A stretch of 64,000 nt of DNA, taken from NCBI RefSeq assembly GCF_964213995.1, contig NW_027590116.1, forward strand, positions 186,001-250,000, read 5' to 3'. Shown here one piece after another: positions 38,200 to 52,382 of the stretch (the stretch's first letter is position 1; each line of letters opens with the position of its first letter). A model generated the notes under the pieces. It worked only from the letters and a program-made list of their open reading frames with translations, ran no database searches and had not been told where the DNA came from. The stretch is from Mustelus asterias (lineage: Eukaryota). A program made the translations under genes and the position numbers.

Positions 38200-39590
38200 A
38201 AGCTGACATGCTGCAATCTCTGTGTGTATATTTAATGGATGGGTGGAGGTGTTGCACGGTGGACTAGACCATTGGAAGAGGTTGAAAAGAATGAGGTTCT
38301 TTTGGCGATAAACATTGCCACAGACGAGAGCAAAATAAATTGATGACGGCTGGAGGATGAAAGCATGAAGGATATGCAAACTGGGGACGCTGTTGCACTG
38401 ACACATTGCAAACTGTGGAGATAAAGGACATAATTAAACACAGGACAAAAAGGTGCGGTGTGGAATGGTGGAAATATCCAATAGGGAAAATAGATTGCTG
38501 AAGAGGTATATGATTGGCAGATGGTGAATATCAGACACGGGTTGTTTGATGAGCTTGAAAAGGGGGATCACAGGCGAATGGAAGGGGGATGGATGTTGTT
38601 TAATGAGTAGAATAATGGCAGTGAAGTTCTGGAGGTGGCCATCTGGGTTGCAGACGGTGCGACAGTGGATGATTAACTCATTGTATTGGCACCAACACAA
38701 TGAAAGATGTAGGGGATTTGGTCTGGCAATGTGGGGTGGGGGGCGGGTTTCAAAGGTGTGTTGGATTGTGGAGATGCAGCAATAGATGTGACCCACGTGG
38801 GGGATGGGGCGATGCAAGATCTGCTGTGCGGGAAGTTTGCAGTTAATGATATGGACAACAATCGATTCAAGAGGTTTTGGAGTGAAATTGTGGTCACCTG
38901 GGATGATAGGTGCACTGCATGAAGTTTTGAATAAGTGGGAGTGGGTTGATATGCAGCTTCATGAAGGGCGATTGAAGTGCAGTCGTGGATCGGTAAGAGA
39001 TAAACAATGTGACTTAAGATGTCCTAAATTGACAGCGTTTTTGGGGGAGACATGCTTCGATTAAAGCGATTGCACTGGGAATATCTGCATGATAATAGCC
39101 TTATGAAGATGGGGAATAAGGTGACGGACTGAATAGGAGTATTGGAACTGGAATTACACAGATGGAAGGGAAGTGAGGGAAAATGTTTTGGACCATCAGG
39201 CTGCAGGCTGAGGCGTGAATACTGGGGTGAATTAGATCGTCCTGAAGTTCGGTTGGGAGTGGACAGTGATACCGGTCTGGAGGTGGGCTGGGGGCGAGTG
39301 AGGAGGCCATAAGGTGGGATGCCGGAGTTAAGAAGGCAGGAGCAAAAGTATTTCAGATGTTTGGAACAGATGCGCTAGACACATGGAGACTGAGTCCAGA
39401 TTAGGTGAAGTGTGAGGCACAGAAATGAAAGGTGAAGTGGATGAAGAGGTGATGTGATGGGTGGGCGGAAATAGGGAATTGGTCCCACAGGTGATTGAGA
39501 CTTTGGTGCAGGGTGGGAGGTTAGAACTGGGAATAGATGCGCTCTTCCAGATGTTTTAGTTGGCCAGTAATATGTGGTGGCGAGTATCAC
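38200..39590 (-). mobile_element. Ancient L2-like LINE relic
   Basis: Long G/A-rich degenerate stretch with the composition typical of antisense L2-clade RT. No intact ORF. Confidence 0.4.
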
Positions 39591-39840
39591 AAAATGATGG
39601 AAAATGGAAAGCAGTTCTGAAGGAAATGTTAAAATATATTGAGGAAAAGTGTGAAGTGTTTCACTTGACTGACTGAGATTTGATTAACAATTGAGTTAAT
39701 GGTTGTGGGAAACAGGCTGGAAAGTGAAACTAACATTACAATCTGATCAGTCATGATGTGATCGAATGGTTGAGCTGGCTGGAGCGGCAGATTGACAGAC
39801 TCATATTCATATTCCTTGTGACATTGTGACTAGTTACAAC

Positions 39841-40150
39841 AGCACTGCTGCCTCACAGCGCCAGGGACTAGGGTTCATTTCCAGTTTTGAGTGTCTGTCT
39901 GTGTGGACTTTGCACATTCTCCCCATGTCAGCGTGAGTTTCCTCCAAGTGTTCCAGTTGCCTCCCTCAATCCAAGATGTGCTGGTTAGGTTGATTGGCCA
40001 TGCAAAATTTCCCCTCAGTGTCAGGGAGATTAGCAAGGTTAAAAAGTGCAATAACGGTGATAGTACCTGGGTGGGGTTGTTGTCGGTGCAGGATTGATGG
40101 GCCGAGTGGTCTCCTTCTGCACTGTCAGGATTCTATTCTATGTTTCTATG
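39841..40150 (+). mobile_element. HE1/V-SINE-like SINE
   Basis: AGCACTGCTGCCTCACAGCGCCAGGGAC head and TTCTATTCTATG tail. Confidence 0.8.
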
Positions 40151-40381
40151 AACAAGTACATTGTTTGGCGAATTCCGCGCCCTAAGCACAGCAGCTGGTA
40201 ATACATATCTTGTTTTAATTACCAATTAATTCCCACACATTGCACTGGATCTGGTCATAGAGTCACATATCAATGCCAGACTGGGAAATCTGTACTTCAC
40301 CAGTGACACAATGCTACCAATTATTTCTTTACTTCACACACATTCATTCCCAGGCAGATGACCGACTCAGTCCATTCAATT

Positions 40382-40726
40382 ATCATAGAAATCATAGAAA
40401 CCCTACAGTGCAGAAGGAGGCCATTCGGCCCATCGAGTCTGCGCCGACCACAATCCCACCCAGGCCCGACCCCCACATATTTTTACCCGCTAATTCCTCT
40501 AACCTACGCATCTCAGGACTCTAAGGGGCAATTTTTAACCTGGCCAATCAACCTAACCCGCACATATTTCGACTGTGGGAGGAAACCGGAGCACCCGGAG
40601 GAAACCCACGCAGACACGAGGAGAATGTGCAAACTCCACACAGACAGTGACCCGAGCCGGGAATCGTACCCGGGACCCTGGAGCTGTGAAGCAGCAGTGC
40701 TAGCCACTGTGCTACCGTGCCGCCCC
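40382..40726 (-). mobile_element. Full-length young HE1/V-SINE-like SINE
   Basis: Near-identical to 59015-59356. TATCAT on both flanks (40381-40386, 40729-40734). Confidence 0.9.
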
Positions 40727-42149
40727 GGTATCATCCAAAATAATTCACAGATCAAGATTGTGGAAAGGAAATGTTACTGAACAGGGGGACCAAAAATGGA
40801 AACCCTAAATATGAAAAAATCACAAGCCCGATTATCTCAACTCATGTCGAAATAGCTGATTACATTTTATCATCTTTCCTCTGTACAGATGTTTAATCAC
40901 AAAATAAACATGAATTTTCAAGCATATTTTTCTCCCTGCCTATCGCCGTCCATCATCGCGGAATGGAAGAGAAAGGGCTTGGGATGTTGTAAGTACCACA
41001 CAGCAAACTCTCTTCATCATTTACTGGAAAGATTAATCTCTGTCGAACTCAGTGCTCGGGGGGTGGGCGTATTTTTTCTTTACAACCACACACGTATTCA
41101 CAATAAATGCGGAGGTTTTACAACTATGGATAATATCCATAAAAATAAACATATATATATATATATTAGTTTGTGTCATTTCCAAAGTCTGCGAGCACCA
41201 GTTCCAGAGGACCAGTTTGTCTGGATAAGTTTCTGTCTGGAATCAGCAACTCCAAAATCCTAGAAACGAATAATGAGGCATGGGACTGATGTACTCAGAC
41301 CGCTTGACAGACGGTGTCAGAGATTGTTAAAATTAAGCAGGATTTAAGGAGTTCACAGAGTGTGGTCACAACCTTTTGTCAGAACCGTGAATTGTTGGAG
41401 ATCTTTCTGGTTTGAGTTAAATCAGCTCAACTGAGCTGTGGTTTGGAAAAGAAACAAATGCGATTTGTGGACTTTTTCACACAGCCAGGGGTTCAGTCTG
41501 GAATGTACTGCCTGGAAATATGTTGGAGGTTGTTTCAATCGAGGCATTCAAAGGAGCATTAGATGTTGATATGAGGAGAAACAATATGCAGGGGTTGCGG
41601 GGAAAGGCAGGGGAATGACACGAAGTTCTGATTCTCATTTCGAGAGTCGATGCACCAAATGGTCTCCTTCTGCAAGGTAACAATTCTGTGATTCTGCAAT
41701 TTAGTTATCCATTCTTACCTGAAAGCTGTTACCACTCAAACCAGTTTCCAACAGAACTGTTGTCAAACTAAAGTAAACTTCTGGAGAACCTTCTCAGCAC
41801 TGATTACATTGGCATGGATGGTGATGATCTGTCACTGGGGCTCTATTGGAATCTGCAGTGATAACTATGTGCACGGCATGGTCACTTCTGGTCAACCAGG
41901 TACTTGTATTTGTCTGAAAAACTCAGAATCTTGGTGCCACTAATCCCACCTCTACAAGCTCACCCCAAAATCCATTTCTTGCATCAACAATCTGATATGG
42001 ACAGAAGCTGTCATCCTCCCACACTGCCGTGTGCCAATGTGAAACTTTGTTCCTGGAGATTGAAATTCTGAGTCAACATTCCACATCCTCCTCCTCTCAA
42101 ACCTGGGCTGGAATTCTGCTGTGGCAAACAAAAAATAAAAAGGGGGCAA

Positions 42150-42455
42150 AGGTGGAAGAGAAATGTTACAGTGTGAAGTTATTGATACCAATGTTGAGTT
42201 AACAAGGACGTAACCTACTGAATCGGAAGGTGAGATGCTGTTCCTCCAGTTTGCGTTGGGCTTCACGGGGAAACTGCAGCAGCCGAAGGACAGACATGTC
42301 GATGTGAGAGAAAAGTGTTGATTTGCAATGACAGCAACGGGAGGGTCACAGTTACGCTTGCCGACTGAGCAAACGCCTGCCACAATGTGGGCACTTAATT
42401 TGTGTTTAGTCTCCCCCGTGTGAGGCCACACTGGGAGCAGCTAATATAGTTGCCT
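42150..42455 (-). mobile_element. Penelope-like GIY-YIG endonuclease C-terminal relic
   Basis: HTGETKHKL...DPPVAV, then after a frameshift AQRKLEEQHL.FR. Matches the PLE YIGETKRRL...LPVA.HF...RKLEEQHLIFRL pattern. Confidence 0.65.
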
Positions 42456-43061
42456 CAAAGAGATCCATCCCGCCACAAGCCTACAAACACCCTCCCCTGC
42501 CTACGCCAAAGGACTATCAGTTTAAGGAGTGGTTTACAACAACCTTTTCAAGGACAGGGAAGGTTGAAAATAAGTGTCGGCCTTACGATTGAAGCTCACA
42601 CACAAGAATGAAAATTGGTCCAAAACTCAGGGAATGTTCTACTGGCGTCATGATGCAGGGTGAGTAATCCAAAGTGACCCGACCTCATCATCTCCATACT
42701 GACAGATACAAGAAGGTCACTCGCTGCTTCAGTGAGGTTAATATCAGTGTTTTCCACTTAAAGTGCAAGCGGAGAGGATAATTAATTGATTCAGGAAATG
42801 CTGTTTCAAACAGGATCAGGAAAATTCTTAATCATGCACTCTTATATTTTTATTCAAATGCATTGAAACCATCACAGTGCGGGACAGTTTTGAATAAGAC
42901 ATCTCACTCCAGTTGCATTGCAGGCTCTGGAGTTTTAACTCTTCTATCTCGGAATGTTTCAGCCTCCCAATTCGACAAGTTGTCCATATTTGAACAGTTC
43001 TTGCCATAAAGCTGTCAATAACATTTGATCAAACTTTCGCCGCTCGACAGCGGTACACATA

Positions 43062-45778
43062 CGGTAAGGGAGGTGGTGTAGCTCTGATATTTAAGGATTA
43101 TATCAGGGCGGTAGTGAGAGATGATATCGGTTCTATGGAAAAAAAAGGTTGAATACATTTGGGTCGGAATTAGAAAAAGTAAGGAGAAAAAGTCACTGAT
43201 AGGTGTAGTCCATAGGCCACCAAATAATGACATCATGGTGGGGCGAGAAATAAAAAAAAGAAATAACTGATGAATGTAAAAATGGTACAGCAATTATCAT
43301 GGGGGATTTTAATCTACACATCAATTGGTCAAACCAGGTCGGTCAAGACAGCCTTAAGGAGGAGTTCATCGAATGTATCTGCGATAGCTTCCTTGAACAG
43401 TATGTAATGGAACAGACAATGGAGCAAGCTATCCTAGATCTGGCCCTGTGTAATGAGATGGAAATAATTAATAATCTTGCAGTTAGGGATTCTCTTGGAA
43501 GAAGCGATCACAGTTTGGTTGAACTTAAACTCCAGATGGAGCATGAGAAGGTAAAATCCAATACTCGTGTCTTGTGCTTACACAAAGGAGACTACAAAGT
43601 GATGAGGGAGGAGTTGGCTCAGGCAGAATGGGAGCAAAAACGTTAGGTGGGACAATTGAGGAACAGTGGAGGACTTTCAAAGCGATCTTTCACAGTGCTC
43701 AGCAAAAGTACATACCAGTGATAAGGAAGGGCTGCAGAAAAAGAGAAAATCAGCCCTGGATATCTAAGGAAATAAAGGAGGGAATCAAATTGAAAGGAAA
43801 TGCCTACAAAGTGGCAAAGATGAGTGGGAACCTAGAGGATTGGGAAACCTTTACAGATCAGCAGAAAGCTACGAAAAAAGCTATAAAGAAAAGTAAGATG
43901 GATTATGAGAGTAAATTAGCTCGGAATATAAAAGCAGATAGCAAACGTTTCTACAAATGTATAAAACGAAAAAGAGTGGCTAAAGTAACCATTGGTCCTT
44001 TACAGGATGAGAAGGGGGATGTCATAACTGGAAATGAGAAAACGGCTGAGGCATTGAACAGGTATTATGAGTCGGTCTTCACAGTGGAAGACAAAAGAGC
44101 ATGCCAAAAATTGATGAAAGGATGGCTATGGCAGGTGAGAACCTAGAAACTATCACTATCACGAAAGAGGCAGTGTTGGGCAAGTTAATGGGGCTAAAGG
44201 TAGACAAGTCTCCTGGCCCTGATGGAATGCATCCCAGGGTACTAAAAGAGATGGCAGGAGAAATAGCAAATGCACGAGTGGTAATTTACCAAAATTCGCT
44301 GGTCTCTGGGGTGGTTCCCGCAGATTGGAAAACAGCAAATGTGATCCACTGTTTCAAAAAGTAGGTGGACAAAAGGCAGGTCACGATAGGCCAGTTAGCT
44401 TAACTTCGGTAGTAGGGAAAATGCTTGAATCTATCATCAAGGAAGAAATAGCGAGACTTCTGCATATAAGTTGCCCCATTGGTAAGTCGCACCTTGGGTT
44501 CATGAAGGGAAGGACATTTTTGACTAATTTGGTGGAATTCGTTGAGAACATTAGATGTGCAGTGGACAATGGGGAACCTGTGGATGTGGTCTATCTGGAT
44601 TTCCAGAAGGCATTTAACAAGGTGCTGCAGCAAAGACTGCTGCATAAGATAAAGGTGCACGGTGTTACGGGTAATCTATTAGCATGGATAGAAGATTTGT
44701 TAACGAACAGAAAGCAAAGAGTGGAGGAAAATTGATGTTTTTCTAGTTGGCAATCAGTGACTAGTGGTGTGCCTCAGGGATCATTGTTGGGACAGCAATT
44801 GTTTACGATTTACATAGATGATTTGGAATTGGGGACCGCGTGTAGTGTGTCAAAATTCGCAGATGACACTAAGATGGGTGGGAGAGCAAAGTGTGCAGAG
44901 GACGCTGAAAGTCTGCAAAGGGGTAAGTGAGTGGGCGAGGGTCTGGCAGATGGAGTACAATGCTGGTAAATGTGAGGTCATCCATTTTGGTACGAATAAC
45001 GTCAAAATGGACTATTATTTAAATGGTAAAAATTGCAGCATGCTGCTGTGCAGAGGGACCTGGGTGTCCTTGTGCAGGAATCTCAAGGAGTTGGTTTACA
45101 GGTGCAGCAGGTGATTAAGAAGGCAAATGGATATTTGTCCTCATTGCTGGAGGGATGGAGTTTAAAAGCAGAAAGGTTATGTTGCAGCTGTATAAGGTGC
45201 TGGTGAGGCCACACCTGGAGTTCTGTGTTCAGTTTTGGTCTCCTTGCTTGAGAAAGGATATATTGGCACTGGACGTTGTGCAGAGGAGATTCACGAGGTT
45301 GATTCCAGAGTTGAGAGGGTTGGCTTATGAGGAGAGAGTGAGTCGACTGGGGCTACACTCATTGGAATTCAGAAGAATGACGGGAGATCTTATATAAACA
45401 TATAAGATTCTGAAGGGAGTAGTTAAGATAGAAGCAGGGAAGTTGTTTCCACTGGCGGGTGCAGCGAGAACTCGGGGGCATAGCCTCAAAATAAGGGGAA
45501 GCAGATTTAGGACTGAGTTGAGGAGGGGCCTCTTCACACAAAGAGTTGTGAATCTGCAGAATTCCCTGCCCACTGAAGCAGTTGAGGCTACCTCATTGAA
45601 CGTATTTAAGGCAAGGATAGATAAATTGTTGAACAACAAATGAATTAAGGGTGATGTTGAACGGGCGGGTAAGTGAAGCTGAGTCCACAAAACGATCAGC
45701 CATGTTCTTATTGAATGACGGAGCAGGCTCGACGGGCCAGATGGCCTACTCCTGCTTCTAGTTCTTATGTTCTTGTGT
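43062..45778 (+). mobile_element. Decayed CR1 LINE (EN + RT + 3' tail)
   Basis: GDFN, SDH, DKSPGPDGMHPRVLKE and DFQKAF in multiple frameshifted ORFs. TTCTTATGTTCTT tail. Confidence 0.9.
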
Positions 45779-46099
45779 TCTTAAATAGCGGAGCAGTCAC
45801 CTCGATTTCAGCTGTGCCCATTGCCTTCTTTCATCTGCTTTCAATCCATCAACGGCGCTCTGCACAAATTAATAACTCGCTTCGGGAACAATTGACACAA
45901 ATACTGCACCTTTCAGGAATCATCAGGAAAATTCCAGAGTGGCAGGGAGCTGCTGGCGAGACCAAACATAATAGCTGCTATAAATGTCCTTTGAAAATGT
46001 GGCAGGACGGTCTCCGGTGTGTTGCTGATTACAGTGAAACTCGCCTGGGAAGAAAAACAAAATTCCTAAAGGAGGGACTGTCCTTCATTGAGCAGCTAC

Positions 46100-46980
46100 T
46101 GAGAGGATAATTCCAATTGCATTGGGATCTTGATCAACTGGGCCAGTGGGCTGACGAATGGCAGATGGAGTTTAATTTAGACAAAAGCAAGGCGATGCAT
46201 TTTGATAGATTGAACCAGGGCAGGACTTACTCAGTTAATGGTAGGGTGTTGGGGAGAGTTACAGAACAAAGAGATCTAGTGGTAACTGTTCATAGCTCCT
46301 TGAAAGTGAAGTCACAGTTGGACAGAGTGGTGAATAAGGCATTCGGCATGCTTGGTTTCATCGGTCAGAAAAGGAGTTGGAATGTCTTGTTGAAGTTGTG
46401 CAAGACATTGGTGAGGCCACATTTGGAATACTGTGTGCAATTCTGGTCACCCTATTATAGAAAGGGTATTATTAAACTAGAAAGAGTGCAGAAAATATTT
46501 ACTTGGATGCGACCAGGACTTGATGGATTGAGTTATAAGGAGAGGTTGGATAGACTGGGACTTTTTTCTCTGGAGCGTAGGAGGCTGAGGGGTGATCTTT
46601 TCGAGGTCTATAAAATAATGAGGGGCACAGATCAGCGAGACAGCCAATATCATTTCCCAAAGCTAGGGGAGTCTAAAACTAGAGGGCATAGTTATAAGGT
46701 GAGAGGGGAGATAAACAAAAGTGTCCAGAGGGGCAACTTTTTCACAGAGGGTGGTGAGTGTCTGGAACATGTTGCCAGAGGTAGTAGTAGAGCTGGGTAT
46801 AATTTTGTCTTTTAAAAAGCATTTACATAGTTACATGGGTACGATGGGTTTAGAGGGGTATGGGCCAAATCCGGACAATTGGGATTTGCTTAGGGGTTTA
46901 AAAAAAGGGTGGCATGGACAAGTTGGGCCGAAGGGCCTGTTTCCATGCTGTAAACCTCTATGACTCTATGACTCTATGAT
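46100..46980 (+). mobile_element. 5'-truncated CR1 (further subfamily)
   Basis: ORF 46117-46815 (RPHLEYCVQFWSP) and a (GACTCTAT)n tail. Confidence 0.88.
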
Positions 46981-47941
46981 GACCGTGGCTGCAAAGACAA
47001 GATTTTCTCCGACAACTTTTGCTCATTCCAAATCATTGGGAGAATGTTGTCACAAAACCTGCTTACAGAGAGGAAGCACAAGGTAAATACAACTGAGTTC
47101 ACCCGAGTGTAACCCGAGGCCTGTGAAATGGGGCTCCTCTATGACTGTTACAGAGGTAAATGCATCAATCACAAAGCAAGTTCGACTGTCATTTTTTTCT
47201 TTCATTCAATAATTCATGCCTTGCTCTAATCGGTAAACAGATCTAGGTTGACGGCCATTCAAGAATATATTTCAGTTCACTGAAGTTCCAACTCCCAGAA
47301 CCATAGCCCCACATTTAAAATTCAACAGGCTCCGGGTAATTCTGCGCTGAAAAACCGGTCATGAGTTTGGAATACTGAGCGCCTGACCTGCAAATGGTGA
47401 AAATTTTCCTCAAAATCCAACATATCAAAGCTGGGAAAGAGTGACATTTTAAAATATTTTGACTGAAAGGTCTGAACAAATCTTGCTTTTTAAGTTGAAA
47501 AATAATTTCCAATGGAATTGGGGTGAATATATCATACAGGTGATGTTAAATGTACCCAAACCATATGACAGTAAGTGTTTTTACATGGGATTGCATCAGA
47601 TTTCCAATGATGAGGAAACTTGCAGTTTGAGATTTGCTTTGTGCAGAACATATTGATCATTGCGACAAAGAAAAACGCAGCTGCTGCTGAGAAGGTTTAT
47701 GAAGGTGGTAACATTCAGAACGCTCTGGAGAAAAACAATCCTTACAGCATGCTGAAAAGCTGAAGCTTTGAAGTTGCAAATCCAAGAGGATCTGAAATTA
47801 CCAAAATTGTGCGATTCGTCAGCAATAAAGCCATCCACTTAGTGCTGCACTGAATATGAAAATCTGCTGCTTGGCTTTTGAACTGCTGTCGTCGGTGGCC
47901 GCTAACCTCAGGTGATTAGAGTGTGGTCATAATGAGAGTAG

Positions 47942-48152
47942 AAATCTCCCTGTACACTGTCCCTTCCAAATATCCCCAATACTGGTACAGCACGGGGTTA
48001 CATACAGGGAAAAGCTCGCTCTGCAATGTCCCATTAATCACTCCCAGGACAGGTACAGAACGGCGTTGGATACGGAGTAAACCTCCCTCGACACTGTCCT
48101 CATCAATCATTCCCAGGGCAGGTACAGCCGGGGTTATACAGAATAAAGCTCT
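47942..48152. repeat. ~68-bp tandem repeat, three units
   Basis: Units start at 47942, 48011, 48079 and (partial) 48145. Consensus approximately AAAGCTCCCTCTACACTGTCCCATCAAxCACTCCCAGGACAGGTACAGCACGGGGTTAGATACAGAGT. Confidence 0.8.
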
Positions 48153-50464
48153 GGATCTTAGATGTGTAAGTCCTTTCTGGATAAAGGTTAAGAGATGCCA
48201 TGATGAGAAAATCAGCCTACACAGCATTCCATATGAGTTACATTTGCTTATCAGACGCCCTTAGACTTTCATCTTCAGTGTACCTGAAGAGTCCACCTCG
48301 AAATAATCCACCAGAGATCACAGACCGAACCCTAAAAGTATAAATGATGAAAACATTATTGGCCTTGCTTCCAATCTAAATTTACTCATGGTGACACTAA
48401 TCGATGCTTACTACTTCAATATAACTGGAAATTGTTCCATACAACATTACTGGTCATTTCTCCATGTTGACAATACAGGTGGCAAAGTGTTGCTACCTTC
48501 TTCCCAGGGAAGTCACAACGGTAATGATCTCGACGATGCACATGAGTTTGGCCTCCTAGACTATGAACTCGCTGATTGAGGTAATACATTGAGGAGTGTC
48601 AGGGCGACTGAGATGCTGTGAAAATTTATACCAAACCAGAAATCTATCTGTCACCTGTTAAAAAGGAGTCAAGCTTGGGAATGATCACCCCGTCAGGACC
48701 TGGCTTTTAAAAACATAAAGCAACAGGTGTCATTGTTGAGTGTCATGCAACACTCCAATCCTAGAAAAGAGTTTGGGCTAACCTGTGAAGCATCCCTGTA
48801 TGGCTTTGGGGTGGGACTAGCACATAGATAGCTCAGTGGAAAGGAACATCCAATTAAAAATGCCTCCAGGACCTTCGCCAGAGCAGAAAGAACGCACGCC
48901 CATATTGGTAAAGAAGGGTTGGCGGTAATATTTGGAGCAAAATAAAATCTCTCAATACATTTATTGGTGGACATTTGTGATTGTCAACAATCACGATCCG
49001 ATATTGCGACTATTCAGAGAGGACAAAGCGGTGCTACCGGTAGCATCAGCCCGTGTTCAGCCGAGGGATATATTATTGTCCCACTACAACTATCACTTGG
49101 AACACCGGCTGGGAGGCCACGTAGCAAACGCATAGGCCATGAGTAGCCTGCTTTAGCAGACACACCACTGATGGTGCCACAAGTAGAAGTTACGGTAATG
49201 GCCATAAATTTTCTGGATGTCCGTCCTGTGGCTGAACGTAACAGAACTTTGGATGCAAAATCCTGGGTCCTCTCAAAAGTTAAACAGTTAGTGCTGATGG
49301 GAGAAGTGGAAAGACCAGTACAACCCCAATTCCACCCTTATCGGAGCTCACTGTAGAAGATGGAATACTGTTCTGGGTGACACGATGGGTTTCTCCGTGT
49401 CAGGACCACTCTTCCATACTGGCTGAACTAAATCACAGGAGTGTCCAGAATGAAGATGCTGGCCAGGAGCTATGCTGAGTGGCTGGGAGTGGATACGGAC
49501 ATTGTGGCACTTGTGTGTTGTTGCCAACAATGCCAGCTGGGGCAAGTGTTGCCACCAGCAGCTCGCCTACACCCGTGCAAATGTTTTGGCTTTGGACGCT
49601 GCTCTGCATGGATCATGCAGCCCATTCATCGGTTCGATGTCTCCAGTTATATTGGCGACCGATCCCAAGTGGGTGGACATCCATAGCGTGCACCCGGCGA
49701 CCACAACGGTAACTGGAGAGAAACTTCACACCTCCTTTTCCAAGCATAGGATCCCGGAAGTGCTGATCTCTGACAACGGGACATCACTTTTCCAGCCAGA
49801 TGTTCACCAGGTTCATAAAAATGAATGAGATTCAACATATCAGAATGGCACCACACCATCCATTGTCGAAAAGCCGAGTGGAGAGAGCGGTCCAGACTTT
49901 ACAAGTTGCTGTAAAGAAAGCAGCCCGCAGCCTTAATAGACAACAAACTCTCCCAAATGTTACTTGATATAGGGGAAAACCCTCATACCATGATGGGAAT
50001 AGTGCCTGCGGAATTGCTCACGGGCAGACGACTCCACCTTTGATCTTCCTGAAACTGGTGGGAGAAGAATGGAAACGCAGCAAGAAGCTCAAAGCGGAGG
50101 CCATGGCACCAGCAACCAGGAGAGGCAATTGGAGGCAGGTGAAAAAGTACTGGCTGAAAAATGACGCCAAGGTTCCCGCAGGGTACCGTTGTGTCTAAGG
50201 GTGTCCGGCATCCAATTAAATATGCGTGGGTGAGGCCATCCAGTAAAAATCGTCTGGACCAGGTGTAGGCCTCCAAAGCCCAGCTCATGCCGAAGCCAAC
50301 TATGGCCAGCCGGCCACCATCCCGGACCGGGCTCTCCATCATTTGTATTTAGGATTTTGCAAACGGAAAAGAACAGGGCACATGAAGCCGCGGCTACTCC
50401 ATTGCTTCCTGAGGAATGGAGTGAACCAACACTCTGGCACCCGCTTCATCAGAGAGGAGTGACT

Positions 50465-52265
50465 GTTCGGAACAAAAGAGTTGTCAGGGAGAAAATCGGA
50501 CCTCTCAGGGACAAAGGAGGGGAATTATGCTTAGAACCCAAGGGAATAGGGGAGATCCTAAATGAATACTTTGCATCGGTATTCACGAAAGAGAGGGGCG
50601 TGTTAACCGAGAGTGTCTCGGAGGGAGGTGTTGACCCGTTAGAGAAAATCTCCATTACAAGAGAGGAAGTGTTAGGTTTTTTAGGGAACATTAAAACTGA
50701 CAAAGCCCCAGAGCCTGATGGCATCTATCCTCGACTGCTCAGGGAGACGAGAGATGAAATTGCTGGGCCTCGGACGGAATTCTTTGTCGCTTCTTTGGAC
50801 ACGGGTGAGGTCCCTGAGGATTGGAGGATAGCGAATGTGGTGCCGTTGTTTAAGAACGGTAGCAGGGAAAACCCAGGAAATTATAGGCCGGTGAGCTTGA
50901 CGTCCGTGGTAGGGAAGTTGTTGGAGAGGATTCTTAGAGACAGGATGTATGTGCATTTAGAACGGAACAATCTCATTCGTGACAGACAGCATGGTTTTGT
51001 CAGAGGGAGGTCGTGCCTTACAAATTTGGTGGAGTTTTTTGAGGAAGTGACAAAAAACGGTTGATGAAGGAAGGGCCGTGGATGTCGTCTATATGGATTT
51101 CAGTAAGGCATTTGACAAAGTCCCACATGGCAGATTGGTTAAGAAGGTTAAGGCTCATGGGATACAAGGAGAAGTGACTAGATGGGTGGAGAACTGGCTT
51201 GGCCATAGGAGACAGAGGGTAGTGGTCGAAGGGTCTTTTTCTGGCTGGAGGTCTGTGACCAGTGGTGTTCCGCAGGGCTCTGTACTGGGGCCTCTGCTAT
51301 TTGTGATATATATATATAAATGATTTGGAAGAAGGTGTAACTGGTGTAATCAGCAAGTTTGCGGATGACACGAAGATGGCTGGACTTGCGGATAGCGAAG
51401 AGCATTGTCGGGCAATACAGCAGGATATAGATAGGCTGGAAAATTGGGTGGAGAGGTGGCAGATGGAGCTTAATCCAGATCAATGCGAAGTGATGCATTT
51501 TGGAAGAAATAATGTAGGGAGGAGTTATACAATAAATGGCAGAGTCATCAGGAGTATAGAAACACAGAGGGACCTAGGTGTGCAAGTCCACAAATCCTTG
51601 AAGGTGGCAACACAGGTGGAGAAGGTGGTGAAGAAGGCATATGGTATGCTTGCCTTTATAGGACGGGGTATAGAGTATAAATGCTGGAGTCTGATGTTGC
51701 AGCTGTATAGAACGCTGGTTAGGCCACATTTGGAGTACTGCGTCCAGTTCTGGTCGCCACACTACCAGAAGGACGTGGAGGCGTTAGAGAGAGTGCAGAG
51801 AAGGTTTACCAGGATGTTGCCTGGTATGGAGGGTGTTAGCTATGAGGAGAGATTGGGTAGACTGGGGTTGTTCTCCTTGGAAAGACGGAGAATGAGGGGA
51901 AATCTAATAGAGGTGTACAATATTATGAAGGGTATGGATAGGGTGAACAGTGGGTAGCTTTTTCCCAGGTCGGAGGTGACGATCACGAGGGGTCACGGGC
52001 TCAAGCTGAGAGGGGCGAAGTAAAACTCAGATATCAGTGGGACGTTTTTTACACAGAGGGTGGTGGGGGCCTGGAATGCGCTGCCAAGTAGGGTGGTGGA
52101 GGCAGGCACGCTGACATCGTTTAAGACTTACCTGGATAGTCACATGAGCAGCCTGGGAATGGAGGGATACAAACGATTGGACTAGTTGGACCAAGGAGCG
52201 GCACAGGCTTGGAGGGCCGAAGGGCCTGTTTCCTGTGCTGTACTGCTCTTTGTTCTTTGTTCTTT
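50465..52265 (+). mobile_element. 5'-truncated young CR1, near-identical to 13484-15178
   Basis: Same RT, 3'UTR and (TTCTTTG)n tail. Broken by an A-run indel (~51055), a (TA)n expansion (~51310) and TAG 51955-51957. Confidence 0.93.
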
Positions 52266-52382
52266 ATGTACGCCACCCATGTCAGACATTCTGTCGGCGG
52301 AACCAGACCGGCGCTGAAACATCACGAGGGATGCATGCGGGGCGTGAAGCACTGAGGTTATTTGGACTTAACGTGGGAGGGG

